64,000 bases of DNA. It comes from a virus. The notes beneath the pieces are model-generated. The model was given only the letters and a program-made list of their open reading frames with translations. It did no database searches and had not been told where the DNA came from. The DNA lies in IMG/VR virus record IMGVR_UViG_3300030061_002970; one strand, 5' to 3'. A program made the translations under genes and the position numbers. Below are positions 21,277 through 31,883 of the stretch, piece by piece (position 1 is the first letter of the stretch; each line of letters begins with the position of its first letter).

Positions 21277-23700
21277 ATGAGTTATATAGTTAAAAACAGT
21301 ACACAAGGAGCTATCGTAGCTCGATTAACAGACGCTGGTAGGAAAAAACTATCAGAAGGTAAATTAAATATTGGACTATTCCAAGTAGGAGACAGTGAAT
21401 TTTGTTATGATTGTTACACTAATTCACTAACATTTGCTACTGGTACACATATTTTACAAGCAGAACATAACGCACAAAATCTCTTAGGTTTTCCAGCAAA
21501 AAATAAAGGACATGTTAAATACCCATTACAAGATGGTATAGCTAGTGGTGATACATTTGGTCCAACAATACCACAACCAGGATTCGAAGAAGTTTACAAT
21601 ACAGCAGCTCAAAGAGGATTTTTTAGTGGTACGGGTTGTAACTTTGGTGCAGAAGTAGGGTTTGAATACGTACTGAACTCAAATTGGGTAACACCAGCCT
21701 CAGCTATGACTGGAGGTGCAACCATGCAAATATTAAGTGCTGGTACAACAAGTCTTTTTGCTGACGAATGTTACACAGATATTGATTACACACCTATGCC
21801 GGGAGATTTAATTTCGGTAACCTACCAACTATCTGGGGGTACTAGTTGTTTTGAATTAAACTGTGACGCACCTTCACCTACACTATTCTACCAAGTTTTA
21901 GACAATGGAGGTGTAGCATCCGACCAACAAACTACTACTATAACGTTAACATTAGATAGAAATATAGCTGATTTTAATAACAGTGCAAATTTAGCATTCC
22001 AATCATACTCCGCTGAAACTTTTGCTAGGGTAAGGGTTTATCCTGGGATGTCAGCTGACCCTATGACAACTGATAGTATATATGTTACCGCAAATACTTC
22101 TACGTATTGGTGTAACGACACACTCTCATTTAATAGTTGTTGTGATGTGTCAGAATTTGACGCTCAAATATGGAATATGAACATTAATTGGACACATACT
22201 GTAGCCGGAGTAGACCCGGCAATATACGAAGGAGTAAATCATTATGGGTCAAGTGGATATTCAGGTTCTAAAGAATATTTTGGTTTAGAGAGCGATAATG
22301 GACAAACATTTAGTAATACAGCTTATGACGATTATCAAGATTATTTTGCTGGTACCTGGTATTATGATTCATTTAGTAATGTTAGAGGGGTTAAACCTTC
22401 AGAGCAAAAATGTGCTGGATTCATACACTACACCAACTTAAACACCACAGATTTCTATGGTGAAAAATTTGCTTTAGAATCTGTAGGTTATAATCCAGCA
22501 ACCACAATAGGTGAAGCACGTAATTTTAAAATGCATTTACCTTGGTTAATGTGGCATAAAAAAACAAGTGTTACCGGTTCTGGTGCAGGTACGGGAATGG
22601 GAGACGAAACGAAATATGGTCAAACTTTTTATGTTGACCCAGTTGGATTTAGTGTTTTCCCAGTAGGTGCTCAACCACACATAATGCAATCCAACCTTAA
22701 TCCTAATATGAATGATGATGGACTAAGATATTATCATTTATGGGATGACAATTCAGGTAGTGGAACAACTAACCCTAATAGGGTGGGTAAAGTATTCCCA
22801 GATTATAAAATGGTGGTAATTGATGATGAAGAATTATTAGCAGCAATGTCGTATAAATCAAATAGAAGTTGGACTTTACCAGCACCTAAAACAGAAAAAT
22901 TCCCAGCTGGTACTATGTGTACCACAGGATGTACTGGAGGTGCTGTACAATTCCCTGGTGATACACTTTATATGACATATATGTTGGTTAATACTGGAAT
23001 GACTACTGGATTACACTGTAATTATTATGTTAAAGAAACAAAAGCACCTGGAGAAACCGATTTTGACGTAGCTTTTACATTGGGTAGAGAATTCCCTTAT
23101 TTAATTACTGATGAGTTAGGTACTGGATTTACAGCAACAAAAGTATACATATTAACACAACTAGTTCAAAATGGAAACACATTAAATCCAGCAGATTGGC
23201 ATTATAGAGATGTGACTGCTGAGTTAACAAATCATACTGTGGGAGATAAAATTTCCGCTTCACAACTAGTAGGTCACACTTTTTATATAACTGAAGATTA
23301 TACAGCTGGTAGTACTGCAACTTGTCCTTACTGGTCTGCAATGACTTCTTATAACTTAGATAATTTTATAAATATTCCTAGTGTGACAGAACCAACACAC
23401 TTACAATTTGGGGATGAATATTTCTTCTATGGGTCACTAGCAACAGATATAATGGCAACAATATATGAAATGAAACATGTAGTACAATTAGGTAATAATC
23501 AGTACACACAATCAACAAATCCAACTTGGGTAGATTATAACTTAGCAAATGCTACTTTACCAGCAGCTAACGCTAGAATAACCGAAATTGGTTTATTTGA
23601 TAATGAAAATGGGAATCCAGATTTAATGGCTATTGCTAAATTGCAGTCACCTATTACAAGAACGGGGACTCAACAATTTACAATAACTATTGATTTTTAA
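21277..23700 (+). CDS. Tail-collar-fibre/baseplate-like protein
   Basis: N-terminal LTDAGRKKL and C-terminal ITEIGLFD...LMAIAK, the two halves of the phage tail-collar fibre (DUF3751-like) motif. Confidence 0.65.
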   Translation: MSYIVKNSTQGAIVARLTDAGRKKLSEGKLNIGLFQVGDSEFCYDCYTNSLTFATGTHILQAEHNAQNLLGFPAKNKGHVKYPLQDGIASGDTFGPTIPQPGFEEVYNTAAQRGFFSGTGCNFGAEVGFEYVLNSNWVTPASAMTGGATMQILSAGTTSLFADECYTDIDYTPMPGDLISVTYQLSGGTSCFELNCDAPSPTLFYQVLDNGGVASDQQTTTITLTLDRNIADFNNSANLAFQSYSAETFARVRVYPGMSADPMTTDSIYVTANTSTYWCNDTLSFNSCCDVSEFDAQIWNMNINWTHTVAGVDPAIYEGVNHYGSSGYSGSKEYFGLESDNGQTFSNTAYDDYQDYFAGTWYYDSFSNVRGVKPSEQKCAGFIHYTNLNTTDFYGEKFALESVGYNPATTIGEARNFKMHLPWLMWHKKTSVTGSGAGTGMGDETKYGQTFYVDPVGFSVFPVGAQPHIMQSNLNPNMNDDGLRYYHLWDDNSGSGTTNPNRVGKVFPDYKMVVIDDEELLAAMSYKSNRSWTLPAPKTEKFPAGTMCTTGCTGGAVQFPGDTLYMTYMLVNTGMTTGLHCNYYVKETKAPGETDFDVAFTLGREFPYLITDELGTGFTATKVYILTQLVQNGNTLNPADWHYRDVTAELTNHTVGDKISASQLVGHTFYITEDYTAGSTATCPYWSAMTSYNLDNFINIPSVTEPTHLQFGDEYFFYGSLATDIMATIYEMKHVVQLGNNQYTQSTNPTWVDYNLANATLPAANARITEIGLFDNENGNPDLMAIAKLQSPITRTGTQQFTITIDF

Positions 23701-24509
23701 TGGCATTTTTAAATATACATAACAATTCTTTGTCCGGTAATACGATGAGGTTATATTTGTCCGATTATGGAAAAGCAGTATTAACATCACAGGTTAGTTT
23801 ACTAGATGCTATACAAAAATTCGGACTATCGGATTCAGATATTGATTATCGTAGATTTGTGGGTAATGGTAGTTGTGTTGATAATATATCTGTAACTGGT
23901 GATTGTGGTATAACAGGTACTAGTGTTAGTGCATTAACTGGCTCTTGTTTTTATGATTTACCAGATTCTAGGGGTGGAGACCCTTTAGTATTATCTGGTG
24001 ATTACGGAACCCTTTCCTCTGTAATGAAAGGACCTAAATTTGAAATAAAAAAAGGTAATATAAAATTTTTTAATAGTAGTATAGGGAGTGACTATATACA
24101 ATCTACATTATGGTCCACCTTTAAACCACCAACAAAACACCAAGAAGTCGAATTACCTTCTTCTGGGGTAAGGAGTAGTTGTTGGTCTATGGGTATGAGT
24201 GTTACTAGTTATTTTCCATCTTACTGTACTATATGTGCAGATTTTAATCAAGATGGTTATGTAGATATAAATGACTTTAAATCTTTTTTAAGTTTAATGG
24301 GTAATAAAAGTACAAATAATGAATTGGTTGGCGATTTTGATGGTGATGGTGTAGTAGGTGTCTCTGACCTAAATAGTTTTTTAAAATGTTTGGGTAATAA
24401 TGGAGAGAACGTACTAGAGTATTGTAAAGATGAATTTGTTTTCTGTACATTGTGTGAATACCTAGGTAAAGAATCACCATGTAATGGAGATTGTATTAGA
24501 TGTATTTAA
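23700..24509 (+). CDS. Tail-associated protein with C-terminal dockerin-like (double EF-hand) domain
   Basis: N-terminal LSDYGKAVL...FGLSDSDIDYR. Two Ca-binding loops, ADFNQDGYVDINDF and GDFDGDGVVGVSDL. Confidence 0.7.
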   Translation: MAFLNIHNNSLSGNTMRLYLSDYGKAVLTSQVSLLDAIQKFGLSDSDIDYRRFVGNGSCVDNISVTGDCGITGTSVSALTGSCFYDLPDSRGGDPLVLSGDYGTLSSVMKGPKFEIKKGNIKFFNSSIGSDYIQSTLWSTFKPPTKHQEVELPSSGVRSSCWSMGMSVTSYFPSYCTICADFNQDGYVDINDFKSFLSLMGNKSTNNELVGDFDGDGVVGVSDLNSFLKCLGNNGENVLEYCKDEFVFCTLCEYLGKESPCNGDCIRCI

Positions 24510-24559
24510 ATTAAAAGAAATCGTTTAACGAGATAATTATATAATAAGAGAATAAAAAA

Positions 24560-26446
24560 ATGGCATATATAACAAGTGCAACAACAACGACATTAGAGTT
24601 ACAATTAACTGATGAGGGACGTAGACGTGTTTTAGAAAGTAAAAGTCTAACTTCATTATTTGAAAAGTTTGCTATTTCAGATGCTGATATAGACTATAGA
24701 AATACTCAACAACACGCAGACACTAACGCTACCACTAACGATTCTGCACAACTAGGTTATATACCATATGTTACTGGTAATTTATTAAATTTTAGAAAAC
24801 AAATTAATAATGGGTATAGACAAAAAAATATAATATGGGCTTCACCAGAAACTAATACTGTTAATGCTAGGGGGAACGAAACAACATATGTAGCTGTCGG
24901 AGTAAAAACAACCAACGGAAGTGTTAAATATTATAGAGATAATGTAGAAATAGATGTTTATTTACATGATTATTTTGTACTTAATAAATTATTAGCATCA
25001 AAATATATAGCCGACCACAAAGACATACTATCTTCTAACCCTACAACAATTGAACAAAGTTTAAATAACTACTTCCAAGACACATTAAATGTGATTACTA
25101 ATTCTGATTACAATTCTTTTCTAAATGACCTATCAGAATTTGGTATAAGTCAATACCTAGATTTTTGGGATAATATTAGAGTATATAATGGAGCTGATTT
25201 TAGTAGTGAAGATGTTAAACTAGTCCCTATGAAAGATTATAGTTATTTTAATGGGTTAGCTTTGGCAGGTGGAGCTTTTATGAGTAGAGGTGAAAATATG
25301 GGTATAGACTTTAGTGGAACTTACCTAAAAGGTTTAAATGTAGCTTCTCCATTTTCTCTTGTATTTTCACCATCACTAGATAATGGAAGAACTAGGTATA
25401 CTAAAGGTTCTGGTTCAGCGGGTATAGGATTTGAAGCTTTCAGCATGGGTTATTTAAATTGTGGAGGTATAAATAATTGGGATGAAAGTAGTACAGCCCC
25501 ATATCCTATGTTTGATATGTTAACAAAAGAAACTGGATGGTCTACAGATATGGTAGATATAACAAATACCTTTATAGGGTTTGTTTCTAGTGTAGACATG
25601 GAGACTAGTGTTGCTAATGAAAATTTAGCAAATCTAGGATACTCAAATATTACAGCAACCCTACCGACAGCAAGAATAGTATTAGATATTAATAAAGGTA
25701 ATGATGCGTCACCAACATATTACCCAATAAAAATGAAAAGATTAAGTCAGGAAGAAGGTAAATATATTAATATAAACTCACAACAAGCTAAAGGTATTAA
25801 CATAACTAAAACAACTCACCCATCGGACACTTTTGGTTTATTAGTTGGTGGGCTAGAGTATACCTCAAACTGGAACTCAAATCAAAATGGACTCAGATTT
25901 TCTGCACCATATTTTAGAATGGTACCATCTAAAGATAATGCGATGAGTATTGATTCAGGTAGAGTTGCGGCACAAACTGAACCTTACTATACCCTAAGTA
26001 CTCGTATGATGAAAATGGCTGACGAAATATTTGTTGGTGTAGCGTCACAAAGTAATAACTTTTGGAGGACTGATACATATAGTGGTGGGTTTAGAAGTGG
26101 ATTAAGTGGTAGTAGTCTTAATCACTATAATATATCTATACCAGTAACATGGACAGTATACTCTCAAAACTCACCTAGTGCAGCACCTTGTAAAGTAACT
26201 GTTAGATTTAAATTTAATAAAGAAGCTGTTACTGACTCAGTATCATACAACACGGTTTCTTCACAGAATTATTATAGAATATATGATGATGCAGAATTTA
26301 AGTTTTATGGTGCTGCAGGAGAAACTAAGACATCATTTTCACCAGACCCAAGAGGATTTGGTTACGCTTCAGGTGCGTCTACTACTTGGACAACAAGTGG
26401 TGGAGATGCATTATTTAGAAAAGTAATAACAGGACAAGAAATTTAA
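24560..26446 (+). CDS. Tail-associated structural protein (paralogous N-terminus to the 21277 and 23700 genes)
   Basis: LQLTDEGRRRVL...FAISDADIDYR. Confidence 0.65.
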   Translation: MAYITSATTTTLELQLTDEGRRRVLESKSLTSLFEKFAISDADIDYRNTQQHADTNATTNDSAQLGYIPYVTGNLLNFRKQINNGYRQKNIIWASPETNTVNARGNETTYVAVGVKTTNGSVKYYRDNVEIDVYLHDYFVLNKLLASKYIADHKDILSSNPTTIEQSLNNYFQDTLNVITNSDYNSFLNDLSEFGISQYLDFWDNIRVYNGADFSSEDVKLVPMKDYSYFNGLALAGGAFMSRGENMGIDFSGTYLKGLNVASPFSLVFSPSLDNGRTRYTKGSGSAGIGFEAFSMGYLNCGGINNWDESSTAPYPMFDMLTKETGWSTDMVDITNTFIGFVSSVDMETSVANENLANLGYSNITATLPTARIVLDINKGNDASPTYYPIKMKRLSQEEGKYININSQQAKGINITKTTHPSDTFGLLVGGLEYTSNWNSNQNGLRFSAPYFRMVPSKDNAMSIDSGRVAAQTEPYYTLSTRMMKMADEIFVGVASQSNNFWRTDTYSGGFRSGLSGSSLNHYNISIPVTWTVYSQNSPSAAPCKVTVRFKFNKEAVTDSVSYNTVSSQNYYRIYDDAEFKFYGAAGETKTSFSPDPRGFGYASGASTTWTTSGGDALFRKVITGQEI

Positions 26447-26450
26447 AATT

Positions 26451-26885
26451 ATGAACGTAAAAGCATTAGAGTGGTATAGAAATAATAGTGACTACACAGA
26501 AAATAGTCGAAAGGTAAATAAATTACCAATAGCATATTTTGATAATCAAAATATAAAAGGTGGAAGAAATAGATATCAGGATGTTGTATCTACAGGTGGT
26601 AACGGAATGGATTTTTATGGTACCCCTGGTGAGTATGGAGCTAGATTTAAAACGTCCAAATATTTATCGGTGATAAGTTCGTTAGATAAAGGTAAAATAA
26701 TGTTTGTTGATTATCCAAGTAACGGTAAACTAACAAAAAGAACAGTTTTCCCTGGTATACAAAGTAATGGGAATAATATGAGTGAGGCTAGTCCTTTTCA
26801 TATGATAAAACTTTACTTTCCTGGTAGAGCGTCCTTAGCTTTAGATACAAACACTAATTCAGCTAATTATAAAAATTGGAATTAA
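26451..26885 (+). CDS. Hypothetical protein
   Basis: 144-aa ORF tightly packed in the operon. Confidence 0.6.
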   Translation: MNVKALEWYRNNSDYTENSRKVNKLPIAYFDNQNIKGGRNRYQDVVSTGGNGMDFYGTPGEYGARFKTSKYLSVISSLDKGKIMFVDYPSNGKLTKRTVFPGIQSNGNNMSEASPFHMIKLYFPGRASLALDTNTNSANYKNWN

Positions 26886-26886
26886 A

Positions 26887-28092
26887 ATGGGAAAACTTAA
26901 AAAAATATCAGCAAACGAAAAATTTGTAGAAACTACATTAGTTCCTTGGTCGGGGAACGGTTGGACTACCACAACAGGTACTTCACTAACATTTACAGCG
27001 GTACAAAGAGACCCATCTAATGGGAGACCATTCTCAAACCTATTTTCATCGTTTAACTTACCTACAACTTCAGCACAATGTGAAACATTTGAATCTTCTT
27101 GGGCTAGAAGTGGGTTTAGTGGGTTAAGTCAAGAAAATGTTGTTGTTGTTGATATAGGTGTTAACACATATGGTGAACTTATAGATGGAAGAACACTTAA
27201 ACTAACACTACCTATGGGTGGAACATACCGTGGAGGTGAGGTTGGTAATACCCTAGATTTTTACAGTTCATATTATGAACCGGAACCATTTTCATCAGAC
27301 AATTCGATAAACGGAGAGTATTTCGGAGGACCATCGATAAGAAACGAAAATGTAAAAGGTAACCCTAGTCTACACTCAACTAATATAGCGTTTTTATTCA
27401 CAGATGAAATTTTAGGTCCTGAAATGTCTTCTACAACAACAACTATAAGTAGTTGGTCTAGTGGTTGGCAACAAGACGTAATACCTAATGGGTATACTGA
27501 TGGTGGGGTAGATAATTTTAGATTTACCGATACAGTTTCTTCATCAAACACACCTAAAGCATATGCACAATCACAAGATATTCCAGTAGGAATTTGTTAT
27601 CTAGATAAAGGATTTATAGTCTTAACAGACCCAACAATAGTACAAAATTTCCTATACTCTGGTTCAGCTTCTGGTACAAGTGCAACCACAATTGATTATG
27701 GTTATACTGGTGTAGAATCAGGATTTACCCAAGTATTTTTTACGGCAGACACTTCTGGTTCTTGTACTTACTATTCTTTTGAAAGAGAGATATTGTTAAC
27801 CATTAATGTCGTCGCCAATTCAGGAGAATTTTTTATAACAGAAAATCAAACAGCTTCTAGTGCAGATGCACCTTATTATGGTGCGGGAGGTAGTGATACC
27901 GGCATACAGTTTATGACGCCATTTGGTGAAGTAAACCAAGTATGGGATTTGTCCAGTGTTAGCTCTACCTATATAACAGAAATAGGTTTATATGACGCAC
28001 AAAACAGATTATTAGCTATAGCAAAACCAGATAGACCAATTAAAAAACCTAAAAACACACCAGTAACCTTGACTTTGAAGTTAAAATTCTAA
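26887..28092 (+). CDS. Tail-collar/baseplate-like structural protein
   Basis: C-terminal YITEIGLYDAQNRLLAIAKPDRPIKK motif. Confidence 0.65.
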   Translation: MGKLKKISANEKFVETTLVPWSGNGWTTTTGTSLTFTAVQRDPSNGRPFSNLFSSFNLPTTSAQCETFESSWARSGFSGLSQENVVVVDIGVNTYGELIDGRTLKLTLPMGGTYRGGEVGNTLDFYSSYYEPEPFSSDNSINGEYFGGPSIRNENVKGNPSLHSTNIAFLFTDEILGPEMSSTTTTISSWSSGWQQDVIPNGYTDGGVDNFRFTDTVSSSNTPKAYAQSQDIPVGICYLDKGFIVLTDPTIVQNFLYSGSASGTSATTIDYGYTGVESGFTQVFFTADTSGSCTYYSFEREILLTINVVANSGEFFITENQTASSADAPYYGAGGSDTGIQFMTPFGEVNQVWDLSSVSSTYITEIGLYDAQNRLLAIAKPDRPIKKPKNTPVTLTLKLKF

Positions 28093-28102
28093 TATTTTAA
28101 TT

Positions 28103-28699
28103 ATGAAAAATATTGGAAATCGACCTAAAATTTTGGGTTTAGACATATCTACAAAAACTATAGGGTGGGCTCTATTTGACCTACAGGATGGGCAACTTCT
28201 AGAATTAACTCATTTCTCACCAAAAATTAAACCACCAAAGGAGTGTAAAATAGAAGAAATGTTGGAAAAAACCAACCATTTTAAAGATAAACTATCCGAC
28301 TATACTAAAGTGGGGATTACACAGATAGTGATAGAAGAACCACTAATTAATTCAAACAATATTAGAACCGTAGCTACTTTAATGAGGTATAACTCGTTTA
28401 TAACAAGAGTAATATATGATGTTTTAGGTATTGTACCAGAGTTCATATCCACATACAACTCTAGAAAATTTGCTTTCCCAACACTATTCACTGAAAATAA
28501 AAAAGGAAGAAATGTTTTATTTGGTAAATATGAAGTTGGGTGTGATAAAAAACAAATAATTTGGCAACATGTTTCTGATAGAGAACCACATTTAACATGG
28601 GCTTATACACGTAATAATACACTTAAAAAAGAAAATTACGATATGGCGGATGCTTATACTTGTGTTTTAGGTTCTATGAAACAAAAAGGTATTTGGTAA
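28103..28699 (+). CDS. RuvC-like Holliday junction resolvase
   Basis: ILGLDISTKTIGWA, IVIEEP and DMADAY: RNase H-fold catalytic D/E/D-x2-D. Confidence 0.8.
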   Translation: MKNIGNRPKILGLDISTKTIGWALFDLQDGQLLELTHFSPKIKPPKECKIEEMLEKTNHFKDKLSDYTKVGITQIVIEEPLINSNNIRTVATLMRYNSFITRVIYDVLGIVPEFISTYNSRKFAFPTLFTENKKGRNVLFGKYEVGCDKKQIIWQHVSDREPHLTWAYTRNNTLKKENYDMADAYTCVLGSMKQKGIW

Positions 28700-28730
28700 T
28701 TGATTAACCAGTAAAAATTCCATACATTTA
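28700..28730 (+). promoter_or_regulatory. sigma70-type promoter TTGATT-N17-TACATT, predicted +1 on the primase ATG
   Basis: -35 at 28700, -10 at 28723, ATG at 28735. The same geometry recurs at several genes. Confidence 0.55.
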
Positions 28731-28734
28731 TCAC

Positions 28735-29649
28735 ATGGAAGATAACCCACTATTATTAGAACTACTACAAGATGTTTTAGGTGATATAAATTCACATTAC
28801 CCAAATAAAGGACAAATCTCATTTGATTGTCCAGTTTGTTCATATGATATTAAAGGCTTAGATAAAGGAGATGGTAAAGGTAATTTTGAAGTAAACTACC
28901 AACAAGGAGTTTATAAATGTTGGGCATGTTCAGAAACCTACAACACACATGGTTCTTTAAATAAATTATTTTTAAAGTGGGGAAATAAAAGAAATAAGTC
29001 TACTTGGAAATTAATAGGGGGTGACTTTATTAAAACACAAAAACGAACCTACGAAGACGTTACACTACCAAATGAGTATATATCTTTTACTAAAGGAAAT
29101 AAATTAACCATACCTTATAGAGAAGCTTATAATTATTTAAGAAAAAGAAATATAAGTGATGAAGTTATAACAAAGTATTCTTTAGGTTATACCACAGAAG
29201 GTAAATATAGAGGTCGAATTATAGTTCCTTCTTTTGATGAAAATGGTGACATCAATTATTTTGTTTCTCGTTCTTATGTGGGTCATAAGAATAAATATAA
29301 AAATCCTGAAGCAGAAAAAGATAAAATTATATTTAATGAACACCAAATAAACTGGGAAGAAAAAGTTTATCTGGTAGAGGGTGTTTTTGATATGTTTTTT
29401 GTTAATAATTCGATACCAGTATTAGGTAAAAATGTTAGTGATAAACTCTGGGGTAAATTATATGATAATTGTAAAGATAATATTGTGATATGTTTAGATG
29501 GAGATGCCTGGAAAGATTCGGAAAAATTATATAGAAAACTAGATGGTGGAAAATTAACCGGTAGAATCAGACTAATAAAGTTACCTAAAGATAAAGATGT
29601 TGGTGAATTAGGTGGTTTAAAAGGACTAAAAGAAATAAAACTATTATAA
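28735..29649 (+). CDS. DnaG-like DNA primase
   Basis: Zn ribbon CPVC...CWAC, GRIIVP, TOPRIM LVEGVFD and ICLDGD. Confidence 0.85.
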   Translation: MEDNPLLLELLQDVLGDINSHYPNKGQISFDCPVCSYDIKGLDKGDGKGNFEVNYQQGVYKCWACSETYNTHGSLNKLFLKWGNKRNKSTWKLIGGDFIKTQKRTYEDVTLPNEYISFTKGNKLTIPYREAYNYLRKRNISDEVITKYSLGYTTEGKYRGRIIVPSFDENGDINYFVSRSYVGHKNKYKNPEAEKDKIIFNEHQINWEEKVYLVEGVFDMFFVNNSIPVLGKNVSDKLWGKLYDNCKDNIVICLDGDAWKDSEKLYRKLDGGKLTGRIRLIKLPKDKDVGELGGLKGLKEIKLL

Positions 29650-30423
29650 ATGAAAATAATTAAAGAATTAGCAAAGTTTAACAATATAAAGTTTCACGAT
29701 AAAGAACATATCTATTACCTAGATGGAGTTAAAACAAAATCAGTAACATCGGTAATATCAAACTATAAACACCCTTTTGATAAAGATTACTGGTCACAAA
29801 AAAAAGCAGATGAAAGAGGAATCACAAAAGAAGAAATACTAAAAGAATGGAAATATAAGGCAGATTTTTCTTGTGAAAAAGGTTCTGCTTTTCACGAGTA
29901 TGCTGAAAATTTCTTAACAAATAAATTATTTCCATTTCCAGAACATAAAATTACCGAAGCTTTAGGTAGTGTGGAAAATATGTTAGAATGTAAACAAGCT
30001 GTTAATAAATTGACAAAAATGTTTACTGAGTTTTACGAAACATCTTTTGGTAAACTAATACCTGTTAGGGCGGAGATTGTTGTTGGTGACAAAGATTGGG
30101 GTGTTACAGGAATGATTGACCAGTTATTTTATAATGAGAAATCTAAAAAATTAGAGATATGGGATTGGAAAACAAATAAAGCTATAAATAAAAAAAATAA
30201 ATGGCAGCAATTTAAGGAACCATTATCTCACCTAGACGTTTGTGAATTAAATACGTATTCTTTACAGTTATCTTTTTATAAATTAATAGTGGAAAGAAAT
30301 ACAGAGTTAGAACTTGGGGACTGTTATATAGTATGGTTTAATGAAAATAACGATACATACAAAATTATGAAATGTTATGATTTTAGAGAAGAAATTTTAA
30401 AAATAATGAATAAAGATGGGTAA
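29650..30423 (+). CDS. PD-(D/E)xK (Cas4/RecB-like) exonuclease
   Basis: SVTSVI, KGSAFH, E..., GMIDQLF, IWDWKT and QLSFY motifs. Confidence 0.8.
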   Translation: MKIIKELAKFNNIKFHDKEHIYYLDGVKTKSVTSVISNYKHPFDKDYWSQKKADERGITKEEILKEWKYKADFSCEKGSAFHEYAENFLTNKLFPFPEHKITEALGSVENMLECKQAVNKLTKMFTEFYETSFGKLIPVRAEIVVGDKDWGVTGMIDQLFYNEKSKKLEIWDWKTNKAINKKNKWQQFKEPLSHLDVCELNTYSLQLSFYKLIVERNTELELGDCYIVWFNENNDTYKIMKCYDFREEILKIMNKDG

Positions 30424-31108
30424 ACAAAAAATAAAAGTAAGAATAAAAGATATTCATTGTGATATTAACCCATCATCAATCCTTTATAGTTGGAGGAGAC
30501 TAAGAAAAAGCATAAACACAAACGGATATAAACCAGAAAATTTTTCCTATATACTAGTTTACAAACATGATAAAAAATACCACATCATAAACGGTAATCA
30601 CAGGGTAAAAGTTTTAGAACAAATGTATGGTGAAGATTATGAGTTAGAAGTCATCTGTCAAGACAAACCTCAAACAGCTTTAAAAGATTTGTACAGAAGA
30701 ATGATAGAACCTATTTTAGGTAAAAATAAAAGTAAAATAACTAAAATTATTACTTTAATAACATTAGGTGTTATATTTTGGTATTTTTTTATTAGTAACT
30801 TATTAGCTACTATTATTTTAAGTGCAATTATTTGGTACACCATTAATTACTTTCCAGAAAATACCTATTCATTCCCAGTTAATTACGAAGTGGACCCTGA
30901 TAAAAAAAAATGGCAAGATAAATACCCATATATTTACACACTTTGGTTAAACTTATATAAAAATCTTAGGGTTATAATTATAATGACAACTATACTTTGT
31001 TATATAATTTATTTAGCTCACGGTGGTGTTTTAAAATTAATTGGTGTCCTACTTTTCGTGGGTGTAGCAGCTAGTCTTAAAGAAAAAGAAAAGAATAATG
31101 AAGATTAA
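30416..31108 (+). CDS. ParB/Srx-like N-terminal domain fused to a multi-TM region
   Basis: LRKSI..NG..P..ILV...YHIINGNHRV is ParB-like, followed by about four hydrophobic segments. Confidence 0.6.
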   Translation: MGKQKIKVRIKDIHCDINPSSILYSWRRLRKSINTNGYKPENFSYILVYKHDKKYHIINGNHRVKVLEQMYGEDYELEVICQDKPQTALKDLYRRMIEPILGKNKSKITKIITLITLGVIFWYFFISNLLATIILSAIIWYTINYFPENTYSFPVNYEVDPDKKKWQDKYPYIYTLWLNLYKNLRVIIIMTTILCYIIYLAHGGVLKLIGVLLFVGVAASLKEKEKNNED

Positions 31109-31883
31109 AAATATTATACACTATTCTGATTTACATTTAAAACTCTATAAACAACACACACGAGACAAAAATATATTAGAAATAGCATTAAAAGAGTGGA
31201 AAGAATTATCACCCGACAGAATAGTATTTACTGGTGATTTTGTGCATTCTAAAAACCAAATGACACCAGAACTAATAAATTTAATGTCTTGGTTTATGAC
31301 AGAAACAGCTAAAATATGTAAATGTGTTTATATAATTGGTAACCATGATTTTTTAGAAAATAACTTAGATAGGATGGATGCTATATCACCAGTTGTAGAC
31401 AGTCTAAATAATCCTAATATAGTATATTATAAAGATAAAGGATGTTACAAGGACAATAATATATTATGGTGTGTATATTCATTATTAACACACAATACCA
31501 AACCAAATATACCTGAAGTATGTGAAGAACATAAAGTAGGTTTGTTTCATGGACCAATAATAGGTCTATATACAGATATTGGTTTTGAGTTTGAAGATGG
31601 TTATAGTGTGGAAATATTCGAAGATTGTGATGTTGTGTTAGCGGGTGATATACACAAAAGACAAACATTTAAAATACCAGGAAATAAAAAAGCCTACATG
31701 ATTGGGTCTATGATAAATCAAAACTTCGGTGAAAGTATAAAAAACCACGGGTATGGGTTGTATAACACAGAAACAAAAAAATATAAGTTTTTTAATATTG
31801 ATAATCCTCAACCTTATCTTAATTTTAAGATAAAGGATATAGAAGATATCCAAAACGAAAAAGAAATTTTAACAAATGCTTAG
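31098..31883 (+). CDS. SbcD/Mre11/gp47-like metallophosphoesterase (nuclease subunit)
   Basis: SDLH, TGD, GNHD, FHG and GDIH motifs. Confidence 0.85.
   Translation: MKIKNIIHYSDLHLKLYKQHTRDKNILEIALKEWKELSPDRIVFTGDFVHSKNQMTPELINLMSWFMTETAKICKCVYIIGNHDFLENNLDRMDAISPVVDSLNNPNIVYYKDKGCYKDNNILWCVYSLLTHNTKPNIPEVCEEHKVGLFHGPIIGLYTDIGFEFEDGYSVEIFEDCDVVLAGDIHKRQTFKIPGNKKAYMIGSMINQNFGESIKNHGYGLYNTETKKYKFFNIDNPQPYLNFKIKDIEDIQNEKEILTNA

Noticed and set aside
28103-28699. TnpB/Cas12 or transposase RuvC domain
   Set aside because: Only 198 aa, with no zinc ribbon or IS ends; fits a stand-alone resolvase next to primase.
29650-30423. Cas4 as part of a CRISPR-Cas system
   Set aside because: No array or other cas genes, no clear Fe-S Cys cluster, and it sits in a replication operon.
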